NCBI GenBank assembly: GCA_013239625.1
Contig: MU054220.1
Location: forward strand, 8,219,367-8,283,366
DNA: 64,000 nucleotides
Reading direction: 5' to 3'
Source of the DNA: Lama guanicoe
Taxonomy: Eukaryota
Shown: positions 51,830-64,000 of the stretch, one piece after another
How the letters are laid out: each line of letters starts with the position of its first letter
Numbering within the stretch: position 1 is the first letter of the stretch
The notes under the pieces: model-generated
Databases searched by the model: none
Told to the model about the DNA's origin: nothing
What the model saw: only the letters and a program-made list of their open reading frames with translations
Translations under genes and position numbers: made by a program

Positions 51830-52390
51830 ATCACTTTCTGATCATGTGAATCCACTTCTCTAAACTCATCCCTGAAACCTTAATATTTATAGAAAACGTG
51901 AAAATTACTTAAACTGGTAGATTTAAGGTCCTCTAATGTGCCTCTGCAGATCTTATTAGCTTCCTCCCAGAATTCCTGTATTCTGACCAATCCGTTGCTG
52001 CTCTTACATGCCTCTCATTTTACTGTCCTGTGCATTTGCCCAAATTGTACTTTCTGCCTGGAAAACCCTTTCTCCATCTTCTTTACATGCTCCAACTTAG
52101 TTTATCTAAGCCTTGCTAAAAAGCCAAATTCTTCATGAGAACGTTCTTCATCCTATTTTCTAAGAATGGGAAATAATCTCTTTTTGAAACTGACCGATTA
52201 TTTTTTTCTGTGCTTATGATATTTGTTATTCTCTATATTGTATTATAATTATTTTTGCACATCTCTTTATTCTCTCTAAATTAAAATACTTATGGAAATG
52301 GATTTATATCTTGCTCAGCTTTGCAGTTTCATGGCATCTTAAAGCCTCCACTCCCATAGTTAATGTTTAATGAATAATTGCTAAATTAAT
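51830..52390 (+). mobile_element. L2 3' region
   Basis: ctgatcatgtgaatccacttctctaaactc...ctttctgcctggaaaaccctt...tagttaatgtttaatgaataattgctaaatt. Confidence 0.65.
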
Positions 52391-53815
52391 TCCAAGGCCT
52401 TGAAAAGCAGAAGTGACTGTGAAAGAAGGAAAGGAGTTAGTCCTGGATAGTAACCACACTTCTATGCATGGTTAGCATTGTTCAATGGCTTCTGAATTCA
52501 GTGGTGTTGAATTTAAAGGAATTGAATTTAAACTCCTGTTAAAATCCTTAGGTCACCCAGTCTTCATCCTAGGACATACTGTCTCATCCAGAACTGACCA
52601 GCTTGCTGTGAATTTGAAAGTTGTTCATCTTCTGTCATGACCTTCCACTCTCTGGTCCTCGATTGTGCGTCATACTCAAAAAGCTATCAACCTGAAATCA
52701 GTTGTCTCATAAATTGTTTCATGAAATTTTTTCACTTTTTCTATAATTAAACAATTAGCTATTAGTGTTTCCTTTTTTCATAGATTATTCTCAGTTCTTC
52801 ATATAATAAGTATCCTTCTCCTTGAAAATGCCAAAACAGTCTCTTTTTCATTTTTTAAAGAAATTATCAGCCCTTTCATAATTTTTATTATACAAATTCA
52901 CTTTTTAAATCATCTGTGCCACTCTCATATGTAAATGCACATTCTATTACCTGGGACAAAAGGTTCTTAACCAGTTATGGTGTTGAGTGACCCAGATTTC
53001 AGTTGGATTCTGAAAGCTACTGGTTAAAAGCCAAAAAATTGAATGATTATCTGAGTCACAAAATATATCAAAATAAATATGTTCTAGTAAAACTCTGAAG
53101 TCGTCATAGGAAAGAACTTAAAAACATTTTTCAGCATTCAATATATTTCTCCTTTCTGACATTCATCTTATTTTTCAAGTATACAAGTCATGTCCTGTTA
53201 GACCAGATGCATGGCTGGCACACACTTCCCCCCCTTAATAACCGTTAGTTCTGCATGGATGAACCTAAACATCAAAAATGATTGGAGAGAGATGGGGTGA
53301 CAATATTGGAGAGAACTGTCTAAAAGGGTATGAATTGTGCTTCAAAAATTAGGCAGCAGATTCACTCTTCCTCTCGTTAGTAAGCCATCCCATCCAGTAG
53401 AATCAGGGCCTTTTGTTCATTAATTGCAAGGTTTGCTGCCCTGCGTGGACCTCTTGCATTTTGTGGATAATGCCAAAAAGAACCAAAAATAAATCATCTC
53501 CTTAGCATCCAGTATGGTTCATTGCTGTTTGACATTTAACAGTGAGCTCACTCCTACCGGTGATAGGTCATTGAAGCAAAGCACATAATAACAGCCAATC
53601 AAGATCTTATTTTCCTCCTTTGATGCAGTCCCTTTAAATACTCTCTCTGATATTTGCGACCTATTGTATGGAAAGAGTCATTTTGTAGATTCATAATACA
53701 CATGAATAAATCTCCATAAATAACTTGATTTCTATCTGTCTTTCTAGACTTGGTGATATATTTATACTGTGCATTTTTTTTTTAATTATTGTCAACACAA
53801 AATATGAAACATATC

Positions 53816-54104
53816 TAGGGGGTTGAATTGTGGCCCCAAAACATAAGTCCAAGCCCTAACTCTGGTACCCTGTGAATGTGATCTTATTTGGAAACAGGAT
53901 CTTTGCAGATGTAATTAAGCTAATAGTCTTGAGATGAAGTCATCCTGGATTTAGGGTGGGTTTTGCATCCAATGACTGTTGTACTTATGTGAGGAAAGAG
54001 CTGGAGATTTGAGACACAGAAAAACAAAAGAAAGGTCATGTGAAGACAGTCAGAGATTAAAAGGATGCAGCTACAAACCGAAGGATTTCCAGGAGCTACT
54101 GGAA
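53816..54104 (+). mobile_element. MLT1B/C-like LTR, 5' portion
   Basis: ggttgaattgtggcccc...gtgaatgtgatcttatttggaaacaggatctttgcagatgtaattaag...catgtgaagacag. Confidence 0.85.
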
Positions 54105-55164
54105 TTCACATCAGAAAAAGATGTACTTTGATTTCTAGCGTGGGTACCTTAGCTCAAAACCTTAGATAAGTTACTTAAATTATTCAAGTCTCTTCTTTAT
54201 TTTTTCACAAGATTGGAATTAAAAAATTATCCTCAGGGAGTTATTGTGAAGATAAAAGAAAATTATATAACGCTCTAGAATTTTGTGGTTTTATTTAAAA
54301 TATAGTAAATATTTCTTCTTCTGAGCCAAAATAGTTTTTTTCAGAACTTTTCAGTATTTCATTGAAACATAATGTGTAAAATTCACATGCAAATGAATCT
54401 TCTTTTCCTTTAAACTCTTCTTTAATTTGAAAATAATAATTGCCAAGTCAATCACTTCTCTCAAAGTGATGCTTCAGTTGAAGTCTTTTCTAGATAGTAA
54501 AGCATTCATGCAGATGAAGATATCTTTTCTTTCTTAGCCTCTATTTCTTACATCTGATTTTGAATATGCTTGGGAGATGATATAATTATGAAAATTAATT
54601 AGGAGTCAGCAGAATAAAGTCATATTTTTTCACATTAGCAATATGGCAGTACAGAAACACTGAAGCTTTCCGAGAAATGAGATCACAAATGTTTAGTGCT
54701 TGTTAGGTCAGACAACCCAAAGAAAATGTACCACTTTTTGTGTGTAGGCTGTTTTACAAAAATGTAACCGAGATAGTCAGATGAAGGGGATAAAGATTCA
54801 TTAAGTCGGCAAAAAACTCTTTAATTGCTAATTGGATAGGAGTACATCAAATTCAAATTAGAAACAATTAGCTCTTTTTCTCCTAAGCAGTTAATAATAA
54901 GAGAGAGAAGATACTTGAAGGGATAATGATATTGAGAAGCTCTCTTTTGGGTAGACTCGTGTGTGGAGTATTTCTTTCCATTAAAGGAATTGAACAGCAG
55001 CAACAGCAATATGGGAGCCATTTATTCTGCAAAGGCATCAATTAGTCTATCCAGCCAGCACTTGTGATGGATATGTACCCCAACACTCCCTTTATCTGTG
55101 CTTTACTTCTTTGTCTCCCCCTAAGCTGAGATCCTTGAGAGCACAGACTTGTGAGCAGTTCCAC

Positions 55165-55350
55165 ACAGGATTATACTGGAGGCTGAGACAAAAGAAAAAT
55201 CACTAATACCAATCTTCTCTTTCAATACTCGGTATTTTGTTCATCCCAGATTTTTTGCACTGGCTTTCTTTTTTTTTTTTTTTTAATGAATGCTGCCTTA
55301 AAAACTATTACTTGAGTACTGTGTTTTTTTGGTACCTCCTTAAATGACAC
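55165..55350. mobile_element. hAT MITE fragment (MER96B-like by recollection)
   Basis: ggaggctgagacaaaagaaaaatcactaatac...tattttgttcatcccagattttttgca...gtttttttggtacctccttaaat. Confidence 0.6.
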
Positions 55351-56215
55351 ACTTTAGGAGAACTTAGAGCAAAATTCAGTGACATTTAGAATGCTCTATC
55401 TTGATTTGGGGTCCCCTGTTATTTGCTATATGAATTTTGATAATACGAAAATTTATTTAATATGTCAATCAGTAAATTTACTTTAAGTAGAGGTTCTTAA
55501 TTAATGCAAATCTAAAATGATGTTCTGCCTAGGTAAAGGATGAATGCTGTATACAATAACATAGCATTATACATCTATTGAAAAACTTGGTCTGTGCAAG
55601 AACCAACACACACTCATTCTAATCTAACTTGGCCATAGTAAATTTCTAAAAAGAATCATTTGTTCATGTTATTAAAAGAAGCTTACAGAGAAAATATGAT
55701 TTGAGGTTTGCATTTTATGGTTCACTATAGTTTGTACATTATGTTAAAAATACATTGAATACTAAAAATGGTAAATATCATGTCAGCAAAAGCAAATGCG
55801 TTTCAGACCAACATACTTAATGTCTTCTCTCCTACTTCAATTCTGGCCTCCTTATTGGCTTTGTATAGGTCAGAAAAATTAAAGATGAAAAAAAATCACA
55901 TAATCCATAATTGCCTGACATTAATTCATTTCATCAAAAATTTTAAGATATGCTCTGAGAATAGTCCTCACAAAAATGGATATGATGTGATCATAAACAA
56001 AACTCCTAGAAATAGAGTGGTGATGAGTGGGAAGGGAATATTTATAGTATTTGTTAAAAAAAAAAAGTAACAAATGGTTTTTTCCAGTTCAGAGAAGTAT
56101 TTCATCTGGAAGGGAGTGGGGACACCCTAATTTGGAAGATGAGGGATTCCTAGAAATGCATGGTTTTTCTCTTTCCCTTGTCTTGACTCTGCCTGAGTAA
56201 AAAGCTTTAACCTCT

Positions 56216-56267
56216 TAAATAAAATAAAATAAAATAAAAATAAAATAAAATAAAATAAAATAAAAAT
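56216..56267. repeat. (TAAAA)n pentanucleotide repeat
   Basis: About 10 near-perfect units read directly. Confidence 0.92.
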
Positions 56268-57299
56268 ATCCCTTGCCTCAGAATGTCATCTCTAATCTCA
56301 GAAGTCAAGGAGGTCTGTACACTTACAATTAGAGAGAAACTCAACTTTGCAGCAATAATAATAACAATAAAAGTACTAACTGTACTATTCAATAGCTGCA
56401 TGTGATTTTACCAAGTGCATTTCAGCCACAAGTGAGGTTTCTTTGAATATAGCTTTGCATGAATCTGTCCAGCTATTAAAAGACAAAGAAATAGTTAAAA
56501 ATACAATAGTATGAATGTATTTCTCCTTTAAAATCTGAACTGTGGACAGTGTGAAGGGAGATTGAGAAATTTTTACATTTTTAAGAGACTAGTTATTGGA
56601 CTGGAAAGTAAAGACCAGACTAGGGTGTGGATTAACGTAGTAGGAAGCGGAAAACTGTACCTACACGAATAGAGTCCAGACACAGAGAATCAAATTTTGT
56701 CTGAGGTTTTTAGTAGTGGTATAATGAGCAGGGATTGAAAATTAATTTAAGAACCATATCATGGACATTGACTGTCTAGCTTTTCTATTGTCACATTCTA
56801 ACAAAGCATAGGGATTTAAAACAAGAAAACCTTCCTATTTCTCACTAATCTGTAAGAGAATGTGGCTCTGATGTGATGTGGAGTATAAACCTAAAGAGAT
56901 CAGAGTAATTGTTGGACACTGTCTTTGGACAGTGTCAGCTATCACATTACTTACTGTATGTTTACCCTTATGTTGACAGTTTAATAACCTGGATATGATT
57001 TATTGCATAACATAGGTCCATATTTTCTAAAATTGTCCCATTATTTCTTTATTTTTATTTGAAAATATGAAATTAAAATAACTATCTAAGCCATCCAAAG
57101 TCAGTTAATAAATCCAGTAATGCTAGAATGGGCAAGCCAAGCGTCTATATAATAGTATGGCCTGTACTGTTCGTGGCTGTTTATAAAATACAGTCTTTTT
57201 CATGGAGTTGAAAGTTAAGGGACTAGAGTTATGAAAAACTTCAAGTACAGAGTTGACTTCAGCTTTGGGTAAACATGGGTTAAGTTGCTTGATTTCTTG

Positions 57300-57630
57300 G
57301 AACCTTTATTTCCTCCTTTGTTAAAGAGGAGTCATAACATTCTGGTGAACATTTCTTATCTAACAACGTAACCACTACTTTATCTGCACCTAGCAGCACC
57401 CGCATCTTGTTAGGGTAACTACTCCTTCCCCAAACAGCCTCGTGAGGGCCCTTGGTGATGTAACCAGTTAACACGTTTCATCCTTCTGGCCAGAATGATG
57501 GAGTCAGGAGTAAACTTGTAACTCAGTCTAAAGGGAATATATTTAGGAACACCTGGAATGCTGGGACAAAGAAGACGCTCCTTTCTCTGGACATAAACAA
57601 AGACCGTGTAGCACTAGGAGTTGTTGTTTT
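57300..57630 (+). mobile_element. Old MLT1-type LTR fragment
   Basis: catccttctggccagaatgatggagtcaggagtaaacttgtaactcagtc...gaatgctgggacaaag. Confidence 0.55.
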
Positions 57631-60600
57631 GAGGACAAAATTTAATAATTTTTATAAAACATTAATTAGCACAGTGGCATATAAACAAAAAACCTTTTAT
57701 TATCTTTCTTTTACACACTCAATATGTTGAAATTGGGGTCTTGGTGGTGGTTGTTTTGTTTTGTTTTTTTATATGTGACCTGTGATCATGGTACAGCATT
57801 AGCTGAAAGTTAGCCTTGTTTTACTTCACGTCTCTCACTTTTTTTTATTATTATTTCAATGAATAAACATTTCTAACACTTCAGTAAGAGGAAACTAAAA
57901 ATGAATTTTAAAAATAAAAAAAAAATTTAGTTCATCAGACTATTTACATTTTTTTCTCAAGAACGAGATTTAATTTTTTTGTTTGTTTGTTTACTTAGTT
58001 ATTGAACAAAAGAAAAAGTCCTGAGAGTTTGGCTCCATTTGACTTTAATTTTAAATACATAAAGTAGAGCTGTCTGCAATTACAAGCTTACCTACCAGAG
58101 GAATATGGTATAAATAAAAAACACAATAAAAATATAATTACAGAAGCTAGTTAATTTTTTTGAAAGGAGTTTATGTTGGATAAGAAAGAGCTGATTTCTA
58201 TTATTTTTTATGATTGCAGTATTCTATTTATATTCTCAGCACTGAATTAATTTCCTTGTCTAATGCTCACCTTGCTGAGGACCCTTTTAAAATACTTTAA
58301 TGAGCTGAGTACATAAATCATCTTTGTGAACACAAATACTCTGGAGGGAGCTTTTTTAAGATTTCAGAGTGGTAGATAAGTCACTGAAAGGCTTCGTGCC
58401 CCATTTTTTAATCTATCAAAGTGAAAAAATAACAATTGCCCTTTTTCATAGACTTAACAGTGGTGAAATCTTCAAAAAAAATCAAAAGTAAAATAAAGCA
58501 TCGTATAGAGAGCTGTGTCATGTATTATGAACAAAATCTGCCAAATATAGGCTTGGCGCTAGTATTCATTTTTGTGATTTTTAACCATAAGCTTGCCTCA
58601 TTCCTGAATTTTTAATGAACTCTATGCATATAGGCAAATATCCCCATTATAAATGAGAATTTCCTGAAGGCTGTACTATAATATATATGGGCTAAAAGTT
58701 GAGAATTCACAGCTAAATGTTAAAAACCAGACTAAAAAAAAATCCATTCACATCTTTCAATAGCTGTAGATATCCATAAATGCTGTACTTAATTCTGATT
58801 TTTAAATTTTTTATATATTTCTATTTTGATACAGAAGAAAAAATTTCTTAAAATGCCTAGCCTCTCCTAGTTTTCTCTGCCTTGATCACCAGAATCAGAA
58901 TCACGTACAGGTGAACACTAATTTAAAAAATAAATACATAAAAGTGTAGTAGTTCTGTAACACGTATGAGTCGTACTTAAGTTCACAAGAGGTTCTCACA
59001 CATGTAACGTAAGTCTGGTCATTCAGTGGCAGGTACTTGTCAATCGTATGGAGGGTGACTGAGTACTGAATGACAACCCCCTAATTTACTAGTTTGTAAA
59101 CTTCACTTTCACATTCAGCAGGAACATCGCAAACCTCCACCAACACAGACACATCCAACTTTTCTTCTAAATGAGAATCACTGAAGGCAACATAAAGGCT
59201 CACCCATGATGTAATTGGAAATATAGTAGCGATTTTCAGTTTCTTTTAAAACCCTGTTTTCCTTGCGCCCTGTGTATTCACCTCATCGTTTGTTGGGAAA
59301 CTGAGGAAAAAGTACATTTGTATAGCTTGCATTCGTCTCACCATTCACCACAACACACAAAATTAGGAACCATAAAAATCCCATCAATATGGAAGGAAAT
59401 CAGAAATCAGTATCACGAAAAGAAAATTGAACCGGGAACCACGATTCTAATCTGGGACCTATAACGATGAACTAGACTTTGCAGAATGTAACTTCTCTAA
59501 GCCTTAGTGTTTTCGTTTTGTTAAAGAATGGTAATAATAACTTTTAGGCCCTCAAGGTGAGCACAGAGGGAATCATTAAGCCTAAGATGGATGAACCAAC
59601 AGAATGGCTATTCAGTATAAATTAGAAGGTAACGTATCGAGAAGCTATGTGCGAGTTCTGTCTGCACCCAGAAGCACCTCCCCAGGAGCACTCCTGGCTC
59701 CTGCTACATAAAACATTCTACCTTCTTGATAATCAACCTAAATTTCCTGCTTCTTTTCAGTCTACAATAGCACAACTGATTCCTTGTCTACTGCCATCAT
59801 GTTATTCTGGTCCCAGTGTTTGAATCCATCCTTGTCTACTGCCTGGTTCAGTTCTTTATCATACACTCTGGTCAGTCCTTAACATGAGCTCTGGCCATCT
59901 AAGAACAGAGTTCTTCAGTTATAACTATTAATATGATTTAATTTTGATGGCTAATGCGATGATAAGAGAAAGAGGCTTTGAGACATGCTCTTTACTGGAT
60001 ATGTGGTTTTTGATTTTTGATTTTTCATCTCCATATGGATGCCTGAAAACCATGATTTTGTCATACGTGACTCCACAGAGATTAATCCAATGCCTTCAAA
60101 ATTTTATTTCCATATCGGAAGTGTGACATGTGTTTCACTGATACCTGTGGTCTGTTAAGGAGGCTCATTCCTTAAAAAGCTTAAGAGGAAAATTTTTAAT
60201 AATGAAGGATTCTTTTCAGGTTTAGAGAAAGTGGAAGAAATAGAAAATGAATAAAATATCACTAATAAAACAATTTTCTACTAGAGGAATAATAAATATC
60301 AATGAATTCTATCATAATTATTAAAATAACTAAATCTAATATCAAAATTTTCTTAACATAATAGAAATCATACAAACAAGTCTTCTAGCCTTTTTCCCTA
60401 CTGACAACCTTGCTTTAAAAAAATTACATTGACTTTGAAACATGTCCCAAAATATGTGGAGTAATTAACAGAGCTGTAATCACTGTTATCAACCTCCTGA
60501 GAACAGTCACTGTAATAAAATTGGCATATTAAGTCTACAGAAAAAAAAAGTCTGGTGCAACAGAACATGATTAATGATGAACCAGCTAATTTCACATGCA

Positions 60601-61506
60601 AAGAATATTAAATAGTTTTGGACTTTGACTAGTATCAGGTTTCTCATTAATTTGATTCTTTGAAAAAACCAAACATACCAGCATATGCCTTACTTTGCTC
60701 AAATATTTGAATCTCACAGTCTTGCCATTTCATAGTGGATTTTTGTTAGCTACTTAGAGTAGAAATAGACCCTCAAAATTTGATGAGGCACTAGTATAGA
60801 GGTAGTTTCCAAGATTCTTAAGTATATTCAATACCCAATCCTTACAGAAAAATTCAGAAATCCTTGTTAGGCCGAGGGTTATTATGTAGTCAGTCTCTTC
60901 TAAGTGACTTCAACACTGTGTCCTGTGTGTCTCAATGGCTTTGAAATTTTTAAGTAATTTGATGACTAATGGTTATGCCCTTAGCTCTTTCATAAGCTCA
61001 TTTTTAGAAAAATTCTCAAATTGAGAGAAATTACATGCATTGCATAATTCTTACCCCTGTGTTTCCTATTAACTGTGGAACTTTTATCCAAATAGAGGGT
61101 GAGACATGGGCAGAGTAATCATGTTGGAAGGAAGGACACTGCATATGTATTACGCATCTTCAATCCTATGATTTGAAATGGTCTTTATTACTGTGCAATG
61201 AAACTGTTTTGGATTCCAGCGATGTTTTCTCTGAGGAAGCCCTGCTTTTATATTAGCAATAACCAGGACCATGACATGGAGTAGACAGAGCGCCCATTAT
61301 TTATTTGGCCTAAGGAAGTACCACCTAAGACTACTCCCCGTATATGCCTGTAATGTAACCATGAGCCGTACGATTGCTTTGTATATCAGGGATCCACTTC
61401 TAGAATTTCCCATTCTACGTCCTTTTTTACTATACATTTGTCTTTGTCTTGCCATTTACAGTTCTTAATTTTCATAGCCTTAACTTCTTTAAAAGCCAGT
61501 GAACAT

Positions 61507-62180
61507 GTATTGGGACGATGCACTGAGAATTGCACAGGCATCTTTAAATTACGTAGCCAGTATTACAGAAGAATATGGTAGCTGCTTTTGGATTCTCCAC
61601 ATTCAGCCTGATCAGCAAGAGTAAACTTGGGACACTATCTGAGGGCAACCTGAGTAATAGCAAACTGACAACAGACCTGAACAAAGCAATGAAAATGCTC
61701 CTGGCACCCTGCTGAACAGTTTAACATGAGTTCCCTGACAGTTCTAACTCCCCAGGAAATGAAGGCCCAGAGGGCTTAGGTATCACACCCAGCTCACAGC
61801 TGGGAAGTGGTAGGTGCAAATCTCCCTGAGGCCAGATACTGTCCTAAATTACTGACCAGCCTGACTGAGCCAGTGTGCCCATGTTTGAAGCAACCACTGC
61901 AGTCTTTACAAGTGAGCCTTCATTCTACCTGAAGCTCTCCTATGGGATTCCACTGGGATGACTTATAAACAGGACAGCCTCCTTGAAACTACTTCTGAGT
62001 ATATCCTGAAATTATCTCCTCCTTTCTTTTTTTTTTTTTTCCTACAAACCCTGGTTCCTACTTACTTATATAAATGGGATCTCTCTTTAATACAAACTCA
62101 CAGTTAGTACTGGGATTCTAAACAAATGTGCTGGCTACTTAGCCCTGATTTATACCCCTGTGTGCTGTGATACCCTTTAC
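61507..62180 (+). mobile_element. Possible ancient LTR (unclassified)
   Basis: Begins tgtattggg, ends ccctttaca; more GC-rich than the flanks; LTR-like length. Confidence 0.3.
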
Positions 62181-64000
62181 ACTTGCATGAAAGCTTATTT
62201 TCTGTTTAGCTTTTGCTGCTGTGTGTTAAATGTCACAGGTGACGTTGGTGATGATGATTATGTCATGTAGGTCTGATTCTTTTCTAGATTTTTTTTTAAT
62301 TAAACCTAATTATTTTTTAAACATCAGATCATGCTATGGAAATACCATCTGTCATTTTATAAAAACCTGAGCTCCAAAATTACATTGCCAAGAGTAGTTT
62401 TGGCAGAAAATCCATAATGTATAGTTGGGCTGAGGACTCACTCGAAAGAAATTGTCACCACTCGACACAAATTTAACATCATCTTACCAGTATATACTTT
62501 TTTATACTTCAGTATATTAATATGACCAATTTCTAAATGTAGATAAAAACACTCCTTACTTTTTAAAGTACTTAAAATTAAAGGAGAAAAAATATCAATT
62601 GCATTAGGATATAATGACAGAATATTTACGATTATTTTATGGTTTGGTTTACAGCATCAAACAAATGTATCTGAATGCAGATAATATGAAATCTTATCAA
62701 AATTGATGGTATCTTGTCCATGTAAGTTGATATACTGGCAAAATAAAATTAAGTTAAAATGGTATTTTATCTTTATATTTCCTTGACCCTTAACTCCCTT
62801 AGAGTTGCTACTTCTTATCACTGTTACTTTATTTTAGTTTTTACATGTTTCCTTATCATCTCCTTTTCGATGCTGCTGAACTGAAAGGGGAGATGCTGCT
62901 TTTCAAATTGGTTCTTGTTTCCTTCTCTCTGCACCATCACATCATTACCTGTCACCCTCATCTCACCAAAATACGGCTTTCCTTTTTCTGAAACTTAGGT
63001 CAGATCTATCTGTAGTGATCCTTACCTGTAGTAGAGAAATTTCTCCAAGTGCACCAGGATTAAAATAAGAAAGAAGAGTTGTCAGGTAACAGAAGAAACA
63101 TATGACAGCCAGTGACCTTTAGAAAAATTAATGTGGTAGAATTAAAGATGAGAATCTGAAATGGATAGGAAGTGAGAATGGAGCTGAAAAGGATATTTGG
63201 TGAAAATTCATGTCGCTGCCTGTAAGAACGAGGGGAAAAAAAAAACAAAATGGAAAATATGTACTGTATCTGCTCAACATTTTTTAAGTCTTTCATTGAA
63301 TTCAACAGGAGACTCTTAAAAGCATTTGCTCATGAAATTTTTAAAAATATAAAGAACTATCACTGTATTTCCTGGGGAATCTCAACAGTGAAGCATCTTC
63401 ACAGCTGTTAAGAACAAAATGTCAGTTTGTGCCAGCCTCCGCTTTGTAGCCCATTTTTCAGGTATGCACACTCAAAAGTTGAAATCCAGTAAGATTAAGA
63501 AGATAGCTTTTCAAATATTCTCAAGAGAGCTAGAAAGCAGACTACTTTAAATTGGCTTCAAAAATAAATAAATAAATAAGACACTCCAAACACAAAATGA
63601 AGGTTGCAGAAGGTTATACAGAAATTCAAGAGCAGAGGAAATTAAATTACAGCCAAGCTAAAACTTACACAAGATCTGTCATTAGATGGCTACTCATTCT
63701 GATTGCATTCTCAAATGTATACAACAGAACAGGTAGAAAATAAAATGACTAGGAAAATGGGATTCTCTTGTTTTGGTTCCTTAAGAGTGTACTTTGGGCA
63801 TTCAAGTTAATACAAGAAAAAGAGGAAATGAAAGCAGGCTGTAACCTAATTAGTATTCAGATATGTTGCTCATTTACCATGTTGTACAATATGGCATGCA
63901 TCAATTAAAGCACTCTAGGTTTTCTTTTTTTGTTTGTTTTCCCTCTTAAAGAATTTGTACATGGAAGAAGAGCAAAGCTAAAGTCTGATTCCCTGTTTCT

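Noticed and set aside
59018..59074. 10-bp inverted repeat gtcattcagt/actgaatgac as a possible pre-miRNA
   Set aside because: The inner region pairs only with a large bulge, and it matches no miRNA I recognise
1..64000. CRISPR arrays, operons, tRNA/rRNA/snRNA genes, NUMTs, intact retroviral genes
   Set aside because: None seen. The sequence is mammalian non-coding DNA with no repeat-spacer arrays or long coding frames; very diverged RNA pseudogenes could be missed by eye

Overview
AT-rich mammalian non-coding DNA (large intron or intergenic), densely filled with old transposable-element relics: L1, L2, MIR, MaLR/MLT1 and ERV1 solo LTRs, hAT MER elements and Tigger. The young L1 3' ends, together with the apparent lack of Alu, B1/B2, Bov-A/BovB, PRE-1 or SINEC, suggest a cetartiodactyl, most likely a camelid (inference from recalled consensus sequences). 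I can confirm no protein-coding gene. The supplied ORFs are TE remnants (L1 ORF2 C-terminus, Tigger1 transposase N-terminus) or chance ORFs. The best candidate for host function is a TE-free, CpG-retaining block at ~14.2-15.1 kb with a strong minus-strand splice donor and a frame-preserving 63-nt candidate exon, or the end of an alternative first exon. Also notable: a 5'-inverted (twin-primed) L1, an orphan poly(A)-tailed 3'UTR-like insert, two solo LTRs with intact promoter motifs, and several enhancer-like motif clusters. I found no convincing evidence of a new biological system. All repeat names are by-eye recognition, not database hits, and boundaries are approximate.
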